A stretch of DNA of 26,991 nucleotides, taken from NCBI GenBank assembly GCA_041752695.1, contig JBGSVZ010000103.1:1-26991 (forward strand), read 5' to 3'. Shown here piece after piece: positions 7,885 through 17,154 of the stretch. Below the pieces are notes generated by a model. It had not been told where the DNA came from, made no database searches, and saw only the letters and a program-made list of their open reading frames with translations. Made by a program: the position numbers and the translations under genes. Origin of the DNA: Terrimicrobiaceae bacterium (lineage in GTDB: Bacteria; Verrucomicrobiota; Verrucomicrobiia; Chthoniobacterales; Terrimicrobiaceae). Position 1 is the first letter of the stretch; every line of letters starts with the position of its first letter.

Positions 7885-9267
7885 ATGCAGGAGATACAAG
7901 CAGCAACGGGGCAGGTTGTAGCGAGTGCGGCGGGACGTTACGTCGTGGAGGAGAGCATCGGGCGGGGCGGTGCCGGGGAAGTTTTCCGGGCGCGAGACAC
8001 CCAGCTCCAGCGGTGGGTCGCCATTAAGAGACTTCATCATGCGGGGGCGGGAAACGCCGAGCAAAAGCTGAAGGAAGCGCGGCACCTGGCCGCATTGCAG
8101 CATCCCAACATCGTCACGGTTTACGATTTTCTGGTGGATGAGGGGGATGTGCTGGTGGTGATGGAGTTGCTGCGCGGGCGGACGCTCGATCACATCGCTG
8201 GCAATGCGCCGCTGCTCGGGGGGGATTTTGTCGAGATGATGCGGCAAACGCTGGAAGGTCTGGTGGCGGCCCACGACCACGGCATGCTGCACCGCGATAT
8301 CAAGCCGGGAAATCTCATGGTGCTGGATCTGCCGAGCGGGGCCTTTCAAGTGAAAATTCTGGACTTCGGGCTGGCCAAGATCGCCGCGGGGCCTTCGACC
8401 CAGACGGTGGACGAAGAGGGTTTTGTTACGGGCTCGGTCTATTACATGTCGCCGGAGCAGATGGAGGGGATGGAGATGGATGTGCGCAGCGACCTCTATT
8501 CTTTGGGCTGCGTGGCGTATTTTTCCCTGTGTTCGCGAAATCCTTTTGGGGGAGCAACCGTGGCCGATGTGATCACGGCTCATCTGGAGCACCAGCTTGT
8601 TTCCCTGCGCACCCTCCGCCCCGATCTTCCGGCTCCGCTGTGCGAGTGGGTGGATCGCATGATGGCCCGGGAACCGTCGGAGCGCCCATTCTCGGCCGCG
8701 CAGGCCCTGGCAGAGCTCACGGCGGCCTTTTATCAAAACAAACCTCCCGTGCCTGCCCTGGAAGCACCCGTCTTGGAAGCACCTGCCAAGCCGAAATGGC
8801 CCCTTTTCGCGGCGGCGGGGGCGGGGGTTCTCGCGATGCTGATGGCCGGGACCCTCCTGCTGGGCAAAAAAGAAACTCCCGTCGTCCCCGCCGCAGCCGT
8901 GCCTGTCATGGCGGCAACTCCGGCAGCCCCTCCCGCCCCCCCGGCGGCACCGGCGGAACCTCTCCGTTTGAGTCCGGCCGACAGCGCCGCGATGCTCGCC
9001 CAGGTCGGGAAAAAGATTGAGGTGGAGGGCCGCATTGCCAGGGACGGCGTGAGCAAGAGCGGCGCAATTCGGTTTTTGAATTTCGACGGGGCGCAGCGGG
9101 GCGACCTGACGCTGGTGTTTTTCGTCAAAGCGAATCCCGAGGGATACACGAAGGAAAATCTGGCCGAGTATATCGGAAAAACCGTCCGCGTGCGCGGTCA
9201 GGTGAGCCTGTTTGAAGGCACGCCGCAGATTGTCATTGGCTCCTTGTCGCAGATCGAAGTCCTCTGA
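7885..9267 (+). CDS. Hanks-type Ser/Thr protein kinase with TM helix and C-terminal OB-fold-like domain
   Basis: IGRGGAGEVF, VAIK, HRDIKPGN, DFG, YMSPEQ, SDLYSLG. TM segment WPLFAAAGAGVLAMLMAGTLLLG, Pro/Ala linker, then C-terminal VGKKIEVEGRI...FLNF...YIGKTVRVRGQVSLFEGTPQIVI. Confidence 0.92.
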   Translation: MQEIQAATGQVVASAAGRYVVEESIGRGGAGEVFRARDTQLQRWVAIKRLHHAGAGNAEQKLKEARHLAALQHPNIVTVYDFLVDEGDVLVVMELLRGRTLDHIAGNAPLLGGDFVEMMRQTLEGLVAAHDHGMLHRDIKPGNLMVLDLPSGAFQVKILDFGLAKIAAGPSTQTVDEEGFVTGSVYYMSPEQMEGMEMDVRSDLYSLGCVAYFSLCSRNPFGGATVADVITAHLEHQLVSLRTLRPDLPAPLCEWVDRMMAREPSERPFSAAQALAELTAAFYQNKPPVPALEAPVLEAPAKPKWPLFAAAGAGVLAMLMAGTLLLGKKETPVVPAAAVPVMAATPAAPPAPPAAPAEPLRLSPADSAAMLAQVGKKIEVEGRIARDGVSKSGAIRFLNFDGAQRGDLTLVFFVKANPEGYTKENLAEYIGKTVRVRGQVSLFEGTPQIVIGSLSQIEVL

Positions 9268-9291
9268 TCGGAGGGCGCGGGATGTCCGGCT

Positions 9292-10875
9292 TTATTCCTC
9301 GACGCCGAAATAGTGCGTGATCACGGGCCGGCCCGGGCCGAGGTGGAGGGCTTGGGCGGTGGCTTCGATGTCGCGGTCCTGCACGGTGGTGCGTTCGTGC
9401 TGGCGAAGGTGATCGGCCCAGGATTCGACGAGGAAAAGTTCCAGCAGTCTCTGGGGATCCTGGGCATCCTGGTAGAGCCGCCATCTTCGCGCGCCATCGC
9501 GCAGGCGGCGTTCGCGCACCCCGGTCATGATCTGGCGGAACGCTGCGATGTTCTCCGGCGCGATGCGGTATTCGATGGTGACGAGGACGGGTCCATCCTC
9601 AGGGTGGGCTTCGAAGTTCTGGTGCGCGTCCGGCCACAGGGTGGAAGGTCTGAGGTCGATGGTCTCGTCAATCACCAGAGGAAAAAACCGGATGAGAACC
9701 AGGCCGGCGAGCAGGCCTGCGCTGGCGACGGCAAAGCAGGTCTGGATGCCGATCACGCCAGCGAGCCAGCCCCAGAGGGCTCCATCGAGAGCCAGCACGC
9801 CTTGAAATGCCAGCAGGTAAAACGACAGCGCGCGGCCGCGCACCCAGTCGGGCACGGAGGTTTGCACGGCGACGTTAAAATTGATCAGCACGCCCACCCA
9901 GGCGGCTCCGGCAAAAAATAAAAGCACTCCAGCCTGCCAGGGGGTGCGGCAATGCCACAGCCCGAAAAACGCTGCCGCGGCGAGGATGGCGCCGAGCCCG
10001 AGAATGCGGTCGAGGACAAACAGGCTGCGCAGGTGGGGCAGGGCGATGGCGGCCACGATCGAGCCGAGTCCGAAGGCCCCGAGCAGGAGTCCGTAACCGA
10101 CGGCCGTGGTTTTCAAGACATCCCGGGCGAGCAAGGGCAGGAGCGGCCAGACGGCGGCGGCGCAGAGGTTGAAGGCAATGGAACGAATGATGGGAGCCTG
10201 CAGGCGTGGCGCGTGCAGCAGATAGCGGATACCGGCGCGGATGGCGCTGAAAATGTCCTCGCTCAGCCGTGGTGCGGGAGGGACGGGTTTCCAAGTGCTG
10301 ACGGCGAGGATCGTCGCGAGATACGAAACGGCGTTGCCGAAAAATGCCAGGGCCGGTCCCGCAATCGCCACCACCAGTCCGCCCAGGGCTGGTCCGATGG
10401 CGCGGGCGACGTTGAAGGCGATGCTGTTGAGCGAAACGGCCGACGCCACCAGCGGTTTCGGGACGATGTCCTGCACGGTGGCCTGCCAGGCCGGCAGGTT
10501 GATCGCGCCGCCCAGACCGATGGCGAAAGTCAGGCCCAGCAGCACGGCAGGTGTGGTATGGCCAAGGAGCGTCAGGGTGCCGAGTAAGGCGGCCATCACC
10601 AGCATCCAACTCTGTGCCCAGATGAGCAGTTTTTTGCGTTCCGCCAGATCGGCCAGAGCGCCGGCGAGCAACCCCACGAGAAAAATCGGGAGGGTGGAAG
10701 CGGTCTGCACCAGCCCAACCAACAGGGTCGACGTGGTGAGGGTGGTCATCAGCCAGGCGGCACCGACCTGCTGCATCATGGTGCCGATATTGGAAACCAC
10801 ATTGGCTGACCAGATTGTGCGGAAGGTCGGGATGGCGAGGGGGGCCAGGACCGAGGTCTTGGGCGCCGTCTTCAC
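9292..10875 (-). CDS. MFS transporter (MFS_3/DUF894 type with soluble C-terminal domain)
   Basis: About 12 hydrophobic segments, AGALADLAERKK, SLNSIAFNVARAIGPALGG, C-terminal GPVLVTIEYRI...RLRDGARRWRLYQD...ESWADHLRQHERTT. GTG start overlaps the upstream TGA. Confidence 0.9.
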   Translation of the reverse strand: MKTAPKTSVLAPLAIPTFRTIWSANVVSNIGTMMQQVGAAWLMTTLTTSTLLVGLVQTASTLPIFLVGLLAGALADLAERKKLLIWAQSWMLVMAALLGTLTLLGHTTPAVLLGLTFAIGLGGAINLPAWQATVQDIVPKPLVASAVSLNSIAFNVARAIGPALGGLVVAIAGPALAFFGNAVSYLATILAVSTWKPVPPAPRLSEDIFSAIRAGIRYLLHAPRLQAPIIRSIAFNLCAAAVWPLLPLLARDVLKTTAVGYGLLLGAFGLGSIVAAIALPHLRSLFVLDRILGLGAILAAAAFFGLWHCRTPWQAGVLLFFAGAAWVGVLINFNVAVQTSVPDWVRGRALSFYLLAFQGVLALDGALWGWLAGVIGIQTCFAVASAGLLAGLVLIRFFPLVIDETIDLRPSTLWPDAHQNFEAHPEDGPVLVTIEYRIAPENIAAFRQIMTGVRERRLRDGARRWRLYQDAQDPQRLLELFLVESWADHLRQHERTTVQDRDIEATAQALHLGPGRPVITHYFGVEE

Positions 10876-11243
10876 CAGAAAAAGCTGAAAAGGAGCACGC
10901 CGAAAACGAACAGGCTGATGCCGGTGTAGAGTCGGTCTTTTTGCACCGCAAAACCCAGGGCGGCGAAGCCCACCCGCACAATAGGATTGAGGAGCAGGAT
11001 GAGGACACCAATCATGATGAGGCTGCGGCGGTGGCCGACTTCCCTGAGGTCAAGGGCGCGCTGCACCATCGAGACGGGATTTTCGAAAAATTTCGGCTCC
11101 CCCGAAAAGACATGGTCGCCGGGTTTCAGCCCCGTGTGACTCGACAAATACCAGACGAGTCCGGCCAGCATAATGACGGCCGCGAGCAGCGTGCCGCCCA
11201 CCATGACTTTGGCCAGGCCGTTTTGGATCTGGGAATCTTTCAC
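10872..11243 (-). CDS. DUF1634-like small membrane protein
   Basis: Three hydrophobic segments, GVLILLLNPIVRV...KDRLY motif; usual position downstream of a TauE/SafE gene. Confidence 0.8.
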   Translation of the reverse strand: MKDSQIQNGLAKVMVGGTLLAAVIMLAGLVWYLSSHTGLKPGDHVFSGEPKFFENPVSMVQRALDLREVGHRRSLIMIGVLILLLNPIVRVGFAALGFAVQKDRLYTGISLFVFGVLLFSFFW

Positions 11244-11255
11244 AGGTGGGGAAAA

Positions 11256-11350
11256 TTTACAGAAGGTAACGAAGGAAACAAAGAGAAGCCGTGCGTCGTC
11301 TTTCCTCGATTTCCAGGCCGCCCTTCGTTCCCTTCGTTTGCTTCTGTAAA
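11256..11350. repeat. 95-bp palindromic element with 28-bp inverted arms built of 9-nt units
   Basis: Left arm 11256-11283 TTTACAGAAGGTAACGAAGGAAACAAAG. Reverse complement of right arm 11323-11350 is TTTACAGAAGCAAACGAAGGGAACGAAG (24/28 identical). Confidence 0.85.
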
Positions 11351-11352
11351 AC

Positions 11353-12195
11353 TCATCCTATGTTGATCCCGAAGCCGCGAAGGATCATTTGCACGGCGAT
11401 GATGGAGACGAGGGAGAGAAAAATGATGCGCAGGAGTTTTACCGGGGCGACGGGGAGGAGTTTGGCGCCGAGGAATGCGCCGCCAAGCACGCCGAGCGCA
11501 ACCGGGGCGACGAGGGCGGGGTCGAGGTAGCCTCGCTTGAGATAGATGCCGACGCTGGCCGCGGCGGTGACGCCAATCATGAAATTGCTGGTGGCCGTGG
11601 TGACCTTGAAGGGGATGCGCATGATCTGGTCCATCGCGACCACCTTGAAAGCGCCGGACCCGATGCCGAGCAGGCCGGAAAGGATGCCGGCCACCCCCAT
11701 CATCAGAAATCCCGGAACCACATGATGCACCGTGTAGGGTTTGTGCAGCGTGCCCTCGGGCATGGAGCCGGGCAGGCGCAACCTTTCCGCGAGCGGATCG
11801 GAGTGGTCCGTGGTTCCCGTCAGGTCGGGATTTTTTCGCAGCGAAAGGGCGACCGTGACCAACAGGGCGATCCCGAAAATGACGGAGAGGACCGCAGCGT
11901 TGAGGACCACGGCCAGCATCGCGCCGCAGACCGCGCCCACGGTTGTTGCCATGCAAAGAAACAAGCCGATGCGCATGTTGGAAATGCCGTCCCGCAGATA
12001 CGCCGCCGCCGCGCCGGAGGACGTGGCGATCACCGAGGCCAGGGCCGCGCCCATGGCGTAGCGGATGTCGACGCCGAAACCCAGCACAAGCACCGGAGTG
12101 ATAATGACTCCCCCGCCGAGCCCGATCAACGCGCCGATCACCCCGGCCAGAAAGGCCGCCGCGGCGACGAGGAGATCGAAGGTCAGTTCATCCAT
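11353..12195 (-). CDS. TauE/SafE (TSUP) family sulfite exporter-like permease
   Basis: Duplicated motif GALIGLGGGVIITP / SGLLGIGSGAFKV, SVIATSSGAAAAY, TATSNFMIGVTAAAS. Confidence 0.9.
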   Translation of the reverse strand: MDELTFDLLVAAAAFLAGVIGALIGLGGGVIITPVLVLGFGVDIRYAMGAALASVIATSSGAAAAYLRDGISNMRIGLFLCMATTVGAVCGAMLAVVLNAAVLSVIFGIALLVTVALSLRKNPDLTGTTDHSDPLAERLRLPGSMPEGTLHKPYTVHHVVPGFLMMGVAGILSGLLGIGSGAFKVVAMDQIMRIPFKVTTATSNFMIGVTAAASVGIYLKRGYLDPALVAPVALGVLGGAFLGAKLLPVAPVKLLRIIFLSLVSIIAVQMILRGFGINIG

Positions 12196-12242
12196 CGGCA
12201 GGCCGCATCAAAAAGCATTCCCCGGGGAGAGGCGAGGGTTTT

Positions 12243-12653
12243 TCAGGCGCTCGTCTCGTTGAGCACCAACTGCCCTTCCGCCACGGTTCCTTCTGAAGTC
12301 GAGGCGCGGACGTCGAACATCCAGAGCCCGCCCATCGCGCCGGTCTTACGCGCGGTGAGGGTGAGGAGCTGGTCGGGGAGGGCGGCGGCTGGAAATTTCA
12401 TGCCGCGGATGGCGGAGAGGAGGAATTGCCTTTGCGATCCGCTGGCACCGGCGATGCCCGCGGTCTGGGCGAGTGCCTCGGTGAGAATGACGCCGGGAAC
12501 GATGGGGTTGCCTGGGAAATGTCCGCGAAAGAGAGGGTCTTCCGGGGCAAATGTTTTCTCGCAAATGGCGGAGTTTCCCGGGTCGAGTTCGATCACACGG
12601 TCGACGAAGAGAAACGGCTCGCGGTGGGGGAGGCCGAGGGAGGAGACGGTCAC
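12243..12653 (-). CDS. fabZ: FabZ/FabA-family 3-hydroxyacyl-ACP dehydratase
   Basis: LPHREPFLFVDRV and FRGHFPGNPIVPGVILTEALAQ (His/Glu dyad, FabZ type). May be a paralogue of the housekeeping copy. Confidence 0.82.
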   Translation of the reverse strand: MTVSSLGLPHREPFLFVDRVIELDPGNSAICEKTFAPEDPLFRGHFPGNPIVPGVILTEALAQTAGIAGASGSQRQFLLSAIRGMKFPAAALPDQLLTLTARKTGAMGGLWMFDVRASTSEGTVAEGQLVLNETSA

Positions 12654-13546
12654 GTGCGGCCCGGGGTTTTTTTGGCGGTCTCGGGTTTGACGGGGGGAGG
12701 GGTTTGTTTGGCCACCGGGGCGGTCTTGAGGTTTTCGGGCAAAAGGACTTCGTAAACCTTCTGTTTCACCAGCGAGAGAGGGTCGGAGTTGGCAAACGCA
12801 ATCTGTACCAACTGTTCCCCCTTGGTCCCGTTGGGCATGGGAGTCATGCCGATCACCTGGGCCACGCGGGAGATGGAACTGCCGGCAATTTTGACCGGGA
12901 AGGCCGCATTGGCAGCGAGGGCGGCGGCGGATTCTTTCGTCATGGGAATCACGGCCGTGATCCAGCTCAGGTCCGCCACGGTGATCACCACGTCTCCTTC
13001 GCCCGCGCGGTCGCCGGGGTATTTGGCGATTTCGACCACGGAGCCTTTGAGCGTGCAGCGGATGAAGCGGCGTTCCAGCATCTTCTCGGCGAGGGACAGT
13101 TCCAGTTTTGCCAGTTCGGCGTTCATCCGGGCTTGTTCGAGTTTTCCCTGGGCGGCCTTGGCCTGACCCTGACTTTGGGAAACCTGCGCGGCGGAAACCT
13201 GGCGGCGGCGGTATTTCATGTGCATGTCCTCGAGGGAGGCATTTTTTTCTTGGAGTTCGCCCTCGGCGATCATGAGTGCCCCCATATTTTCGGCGCGGGC
13301 CTTGGCGACGTAATAAGCGTGAAGTTGGCGGTCGTGCTCCAGCCGGGCGAGCATCTGGCCTTCCTCGACTTTGTCACCGATTTGCACCTCCACGCTTTGG
13401 ACGAGGCCCGCTTCCTGGGCGCGGTGCATCTGAATGAGCTGAGGTTTCACCTCGGACAGGGCAAAAGGCGACTGGCTCCGGCCGTTGGCAAGGGCGGCGA
13501 AGTTGGCGAGACCCAAAAGGACCACAAGGAGGCGCGAACCACTCAT
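12650..13546 (-). CDS. HlyD/RND-family periplasmic adaptor (membrane fusion protein)
   Basis: Lipoyl half-motifs AQEAGLVQSVEVQIGDKVEEGQMLARL and IRCTLKGSVVEIAKYPGD flanking a coiled coil. Signal-like N-terminus from ATG 13546 (MSGSRLLVVLLG). Confidence 0.8.
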   Translation of the reverse strand: MSGSRLLVVLLGLANFAALANGRSQSPFALSEVKPQLIQMHRAQEAGLVQSVEVQIGDKVEEGQMLARLEHDRQLHAYYVAKARAENMGALMIAEGELQEKNASLEDMHMKYRRRQVSAAQVSQSQGQAKAAQGKLEQARMNAELAKLELSLAEKMLERRFIRCTLKGSVVEIAKYPGDRAGEGDVVITVADLSWITAVIPMTKESAAALAANAAFPVKIAGSSISRVAQVIGMTPMPNGTKGEQLVQIAFANSDPLSLVKQKVYEVLLPENLKTAPVAKQTPPPVKPETAKKTPGRT

Positions 13547-13643
13547 CCGTGAACTGAGAGTAAAAAGATTTGGCGAGGGGTCAAGGATGGCGGGCGTCAA
13601 TTCCGAAAAACGAGGTGCTTTTGCCATCGACGAGCCGGCGTTT

Positions 13644-14174
13644 CTACAGCGCCGGGTCGAGTTGGAGAGAAGACAGAATTTTTTCGCGCAGGTCCTTGAT
13701 CGTTTCCGTCTCGGCGACGGGGGACTGCCAGGTGAGGAAATAGAGGGTTCCCGTGGCGTCGTTGGCCTTGGCGATGTTGATCATTTCCACATTGCCGGTC
13801 TCGCTTTCGATGAGGTGGGAGGCGCGGTAGCTTTCCAGAGCCCCTTCCTTCACCGGCTCGATTTTCGGCGCCCCTTCGTCGAGCGTGGCGGTGAGCATTT
13901 CGATGCCATATTGGCTGGGTTTCATCTCGGTGCGTTCCGGGACCTTGGGAGTGACGGTGAGAATGAGGCCCGTGGAAAATGCGCCGTCACCGGGTTTCTC
14001 CCGCGAGAACTGATAAATCACCACGTCGTCTTCCTTGTCCGTTTTCACGAACCAATCCTTCGGCAGGACGATGGAGCCCTTGATTTCCGGCAGGGGCCTT
14101 GCCTCCAGTTCGGGCAGATCTCCGGCGAAGGCGGCGGAGGCGAGGAAAAAACTTAAAAGCAGTCGTGCGATCAT
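13644..14174 (-). CDS. Hypothetical exported protein (176 aa)
   Basis: Signal peptide MIARLLLSFFLASAAFA; ATGA overlap with the TPR gene stop; acidic globular composition. Confidence 0.75.
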   Translation of the reverse strand: MIARLLLSFFLASAAFAGDLPELEARPLPEIKGSIVLPKDWFVKTDKEDDVVIYQFSREKPGDGAFSTGLILTVTPKVPERTEMKPSQYGIEMLTATLDEGAPKIEPVKEGALESYRASHLIESETGNVEMINIAKANDATGTLYFLTWQSPVAETETIKDLREKILSSLQLDPAL

Positions 14175-16738
14175 CGGGAGTCTCGGGAGATTCTGGGGGA
14201 TGTTTGAAAATCGGGAAAACGCTTCTGCAATTCCTGCAGGGCTTTTTCGGCTTCCATGAGTTCGCCGGCTTTTTTGTACGCATCGGCGGCGCGTTTGAGC
14301 GCGCGCGGGGTTACCTGGGGATCGTCGTAAAGGAGGGCGACGGACATGAAGGCGCGGGCGGCGCCGATGTAGTCGCCTGAGCCCATTGAGATCTCGCCGG
14401 TGAGCAAACGGCCCTCGGCGTTGAGGCGGCCTTCGGGCTGGAGGAGGATGGCTTCCTCGGTCATTTTGGTGGCCATGGCAAAGTCGCGGCCCGAGAGGGC
14501 GACGGCCCCGCTGGCAAGGAGGCCCCGGGCGCGGGCGCGGGGGTCGCGGGCGGTCTCGAGGTATTTGTTCACGTGTTCGGCGGCTTCGCGATTTTTTCCC
14601 AGCCGGATTTGCGCTTCGGCGAGTTCGATCAGCACATCGGGTTCAACCGCCTTGCTATCGCGCACGACGGGCAGCAGGCCTTGTTCGGCGCCCTCGTAGT
14701 CGCCTTCTTCGAAACTCTTGCGGCCCAGCCAGCGGGTGATCTCCACGGGCACGGCGAGGGATTTGTGGGTGGCGAGCGCCTTCTGCAGCGCGGCGCGATC
14801 CTGCAGGTAATAATAGCAGAGAATGATGCGGAGGGCGGAGCGTTCGCCGTATTGGTCGGCGTCGAGCTTGCTGGCGATTTCCAGATTTTGGATCGCGGCC
14901 TTGTAGTCTTTGTTTTCGAAATTCGCCCAGCCGATCCAAAAATTTGCCTGGGCCGCGCCGGCGGTTTTCGGATAGTCGCTGAGAAGCTGTTGGAAGGCCG
15001 TGGTCATGCCCTTGTAGTCCTGTTGCTGTCCGAGGATGAGGGCCTTCTGCTGGAGGGCGACTTCGCGTTCGGCCCCCTGATTGGTCGCGATGATCTGGTC
15101 GAAATCCTTCAGCGCCGCCGGGTAGTCCTTGAGTTGCTGGCTGGCCAGCCCGCGCTGAAGGATCGCGGAGGCGGAGGAGTCCTGGTTTTTTGCGATGTAA
15201 TCCGTGTACGTTTTCACCGCCTCGGCCAGCTGGCCGGTCTGCGCCTGGCACCAGCCGAGTTTGTAGAGGGATTTGTTTTTGAGATCGGCGGCGAGGTCGG
15301 ATTCCAGCACCCGCGCGTAGAGCAACTTGGCCTCGGCGTATTTCTGCGCCTTGAAGAGGGCCTCCGCCTTGATCAGGGCGACCTGGGTTTTCTCCCGGGG
15401 GTTGGAGGATTTTTCGAGAAATTTGTCCGCCTCGGCGACGAGGCCCGGATCATTGAGTTGATACATGCTGATGAGCCTTTGGAAGCGGGCGTCTTCCGAA
15501 GGTTTGGCGTCGGGATACTGGAGGAGCAGGCGGTCGTAGACGGCGCGGGCGGCGCGCTGGTTGCCGAGCTGACGGTAGGAATTGGCGGCCATCAGGAGCA
15601 CCTCGGCGCGGGCGTCCTCGGGGACGTCATCGAGGGGTTTTTCGGAAAGGGCGGAGACTTTTTTGTATTCGCCCAGCTCGTAGTTCATCCGGAGGGAACC
15701 GAGGAAAGCGACGGTCTTCCATTCGCCGGTCTCGGGCAGTTTTACCGCGAGGTCGAAAAGGCGGGCGGCTTTCTTTTTGTCCCCGAGTTCGGCGGCGAGG
15801 GCGGCGGCTTTGACCGCGGCTTCGGCCCGCACGGCGGAGGGGCCGGATCCGGCCACGATTTTTTCGTAACTCTTGAGCGCGTCGTCCTTTTTGCCGGCCT
15901 CGGTCTCCATGTTGGCGAGGGAAAGCAGGGCGTAGTCGCGGTAGGGGTTATTTTTTTCCACCGCGGCGACCTTGCCATACGCTTTGGCGGCCTCGGCGGG
16001 ACGTTTGAGGCGGTCGAGCGATCGGGCCACGTTGAAGGTGGCGGAAAGCCGGATTTCTTCGGTCGTCACCTCGTCGGCCGCGGTCTGAAACTGGATGAGA
16101 GCCGGTTCGAATTTTTGATCCGCATACAGAAATTCCCCGAGCCGGTAGGCGGCGGAACCGGCAAACTCGCCGCTTTTGGATTCGCGCAGGAGTTTTTCGT
16201 AATTTTCCCGGGCGAGTTCGTCGTTGCCGATCATGCGGTGGCACTCGCCGAGGCGGAAGAGGGCCATGTCGCGGCCTTTCGCGGTGGGGTGGGAGATCAG
16301 GAATTTTTCATATTCCATGATCGCGTAGTCATACATTTTCCGCGCGTAGATGCTGTTGGCGACATCGAGATCGGTCCGGGCTGGGTCGGCCGGGGTGCCG
16401 GCGGGACTCAATCGGATGTCGCCGTTTTGCGGGGCGGGTGTCGGGTCCACTTCGATGCGACCTCGTGGGGTGGGGCGGAAGGCGGGGGCTTCCTCCCGGG
16501 GAGTGGCGGCGGGTTCCGCCGGAGCGACCGGGACGGCTTTCGGCACGCGCTGCATCCAGGCGGGGTTGTCGTAGTCGTCGGCCGGCAGGGCGGGGGCGGA
16601 GGTTTTGGGTGCGGGGATGTCCCGCGGGGTGGGCGAGGCTTTTTCCACCGGAAGGGCGCGGCGAATCTCCGGTTCGACCTGGGCCTGGGCGACAAGGGTG
16701 CCCGCGGCGACGAGCAGGGCGGTGGAGACGGCGCGCAT
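14171..16738 (-). CDS. Large exported tetratricopeptide-repeat protein
   Basis: Signal peptide ...LVAQA, Pro/Ala-rich linker, many TPR-like units (ALFRLGECHR, AAYRLGEFLY, SLYKLGWCQAQ, ANFWIGWANFE). Confidence 0.88.
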   Translation of the reverse strand: MRAVSTALLVAAGTLVAQAQVEPEIRRALPVEKASPTPRDIPAPKTSAPALPADDYDNPAWMQRVPKAVPVAPAEPAATPREEAPAFRPTPRGRIEVDPTPAPQNGDIRLSPAGTPADPARTDLDVANSIYARKMYDYAIMEYEKFLISHPTAKGRDMALFRLGECHRMIGNDELARENYEKLLRESKSGEFAGSAAYRLGEFLYADQKFEPALIQFQTAADEVTTEEIRLSATFNVARSLDRLKRPAEAAKAYGKVAAVEKNNPYRDYALLSLANMETEAGKKDDALKSYEKIVAGSGPSAVRAEAAVKAAALAAELGDKKKAARLFDLAVKLPETGEWKTVAFLGSLRMNYELGEYKKVSALSEKPLDDVPEDARAEVLLMAANSYRQLGNQRAARAVYDRLLLQYPDAKPSEDARFQRLISMYQLNDPGLVAEADKFLEKSSNPREKTQVALIKAEALFKAQKYAEAKLLYARVLESDLAADLKNKSLYKLGWCQAQTGQLAEAVKTYTDYIAKNQDSSASAILQRGLASQQLKDYPAALKDFDQIIATNQGAEREVALQQKALILGQQQDYKGMTTAFQQLLSDYPKTAGAAQANFWIGWANFENKDYKAAIQNLEIASKLDADQYGERSALRIILCYYYLQDRAALQKALATHKSLAVPVEITRWLGRKSFEEGDYEGAEQGLLPVVRDSKAVEPDVLIELAEAQIRLGKNREAAEHVNKYLETARDPRARARGLLASGAVALSGRDFAMATKMTEEAILLQPEGRLNAEGRLLTGEISMGSGDYIGAARAFMSVALLYDDPQVTPRALKRAADAYKKAGELMEAEKALQELQKRFPDFQTSPRISRDSR

Positions 16739-16740
16739 GG

Positions 16741-17154
16741 CTATTCGGGTTTGCTGGTGGCAAAGGCCACGTTCCAGATGTTGGCCGCCCGGCAGACATC
16801 GAGGGCATCCACGATGTGTTTGTATTCGACATCCTGATCGCCCCGAAGAACGACCGCCTGGTCGGGATACAATTTGGCGATGCGCGAGAGAGTGTCTTCG
16901 AGTTCCTGCGCGTTCATCGCACGGCGGTTCATCACGACAGAGCCGTCGCGTTTGACATTAAGAATCACCTCGCCGACGGGGCGTTTGCTTTCCTGTCCCT
17001 CGCGGGCGGAGGGAACTTTCACATCCAGCTCGGCCTCGGTGCGCGAGAAATTCCAGCTCATGATAAAAAACACCAGCAGGAAAAGCAGGATGTCCACGAA
17101 AGGGGCGATCTGAAAAACGATCCGCTCGGGCGGCGCTGAGGAACGAAAATTCAC
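16741..17154 (-). CDS. exbD: ExbD/TolR family biopolymer transport protein
   Basis: IAPFVDILLFLLVFFIM (conserved TM Asp) and VVLRGDQDVEYKHIVDALD. Confidence 0.9.
   Translation of the reverse strand: MNFRSSAPPERIVFQIAPFVDILLFLLVFFIMSWNFSRTEAELDVKVPSAREGQESKRPVGEVILNVKRDGSVVMNRRAMNAQELEDTLSRIAKLYPDQAVVLRGDQDVEYKHIVDALDVCRAANIWNVAFATSKPE

Noticed and set aside
7447..8736. 429-aa minus-strand ORF
   Set aside because: Antisense to the kinase and overlaps the binding-protein gene out of frame.
11389..13552. Plus-strand ORFs 11389-12690 and 12551-13552
   Set aside because: Antisense to tauE, the fabZ-like gene and the adaptor gene; no motifs.
14573..16837. 754-aa plus-strand ORF
   Set aside because: Antisense of the TPR gene, explained by codon bias; no domain recognisable.
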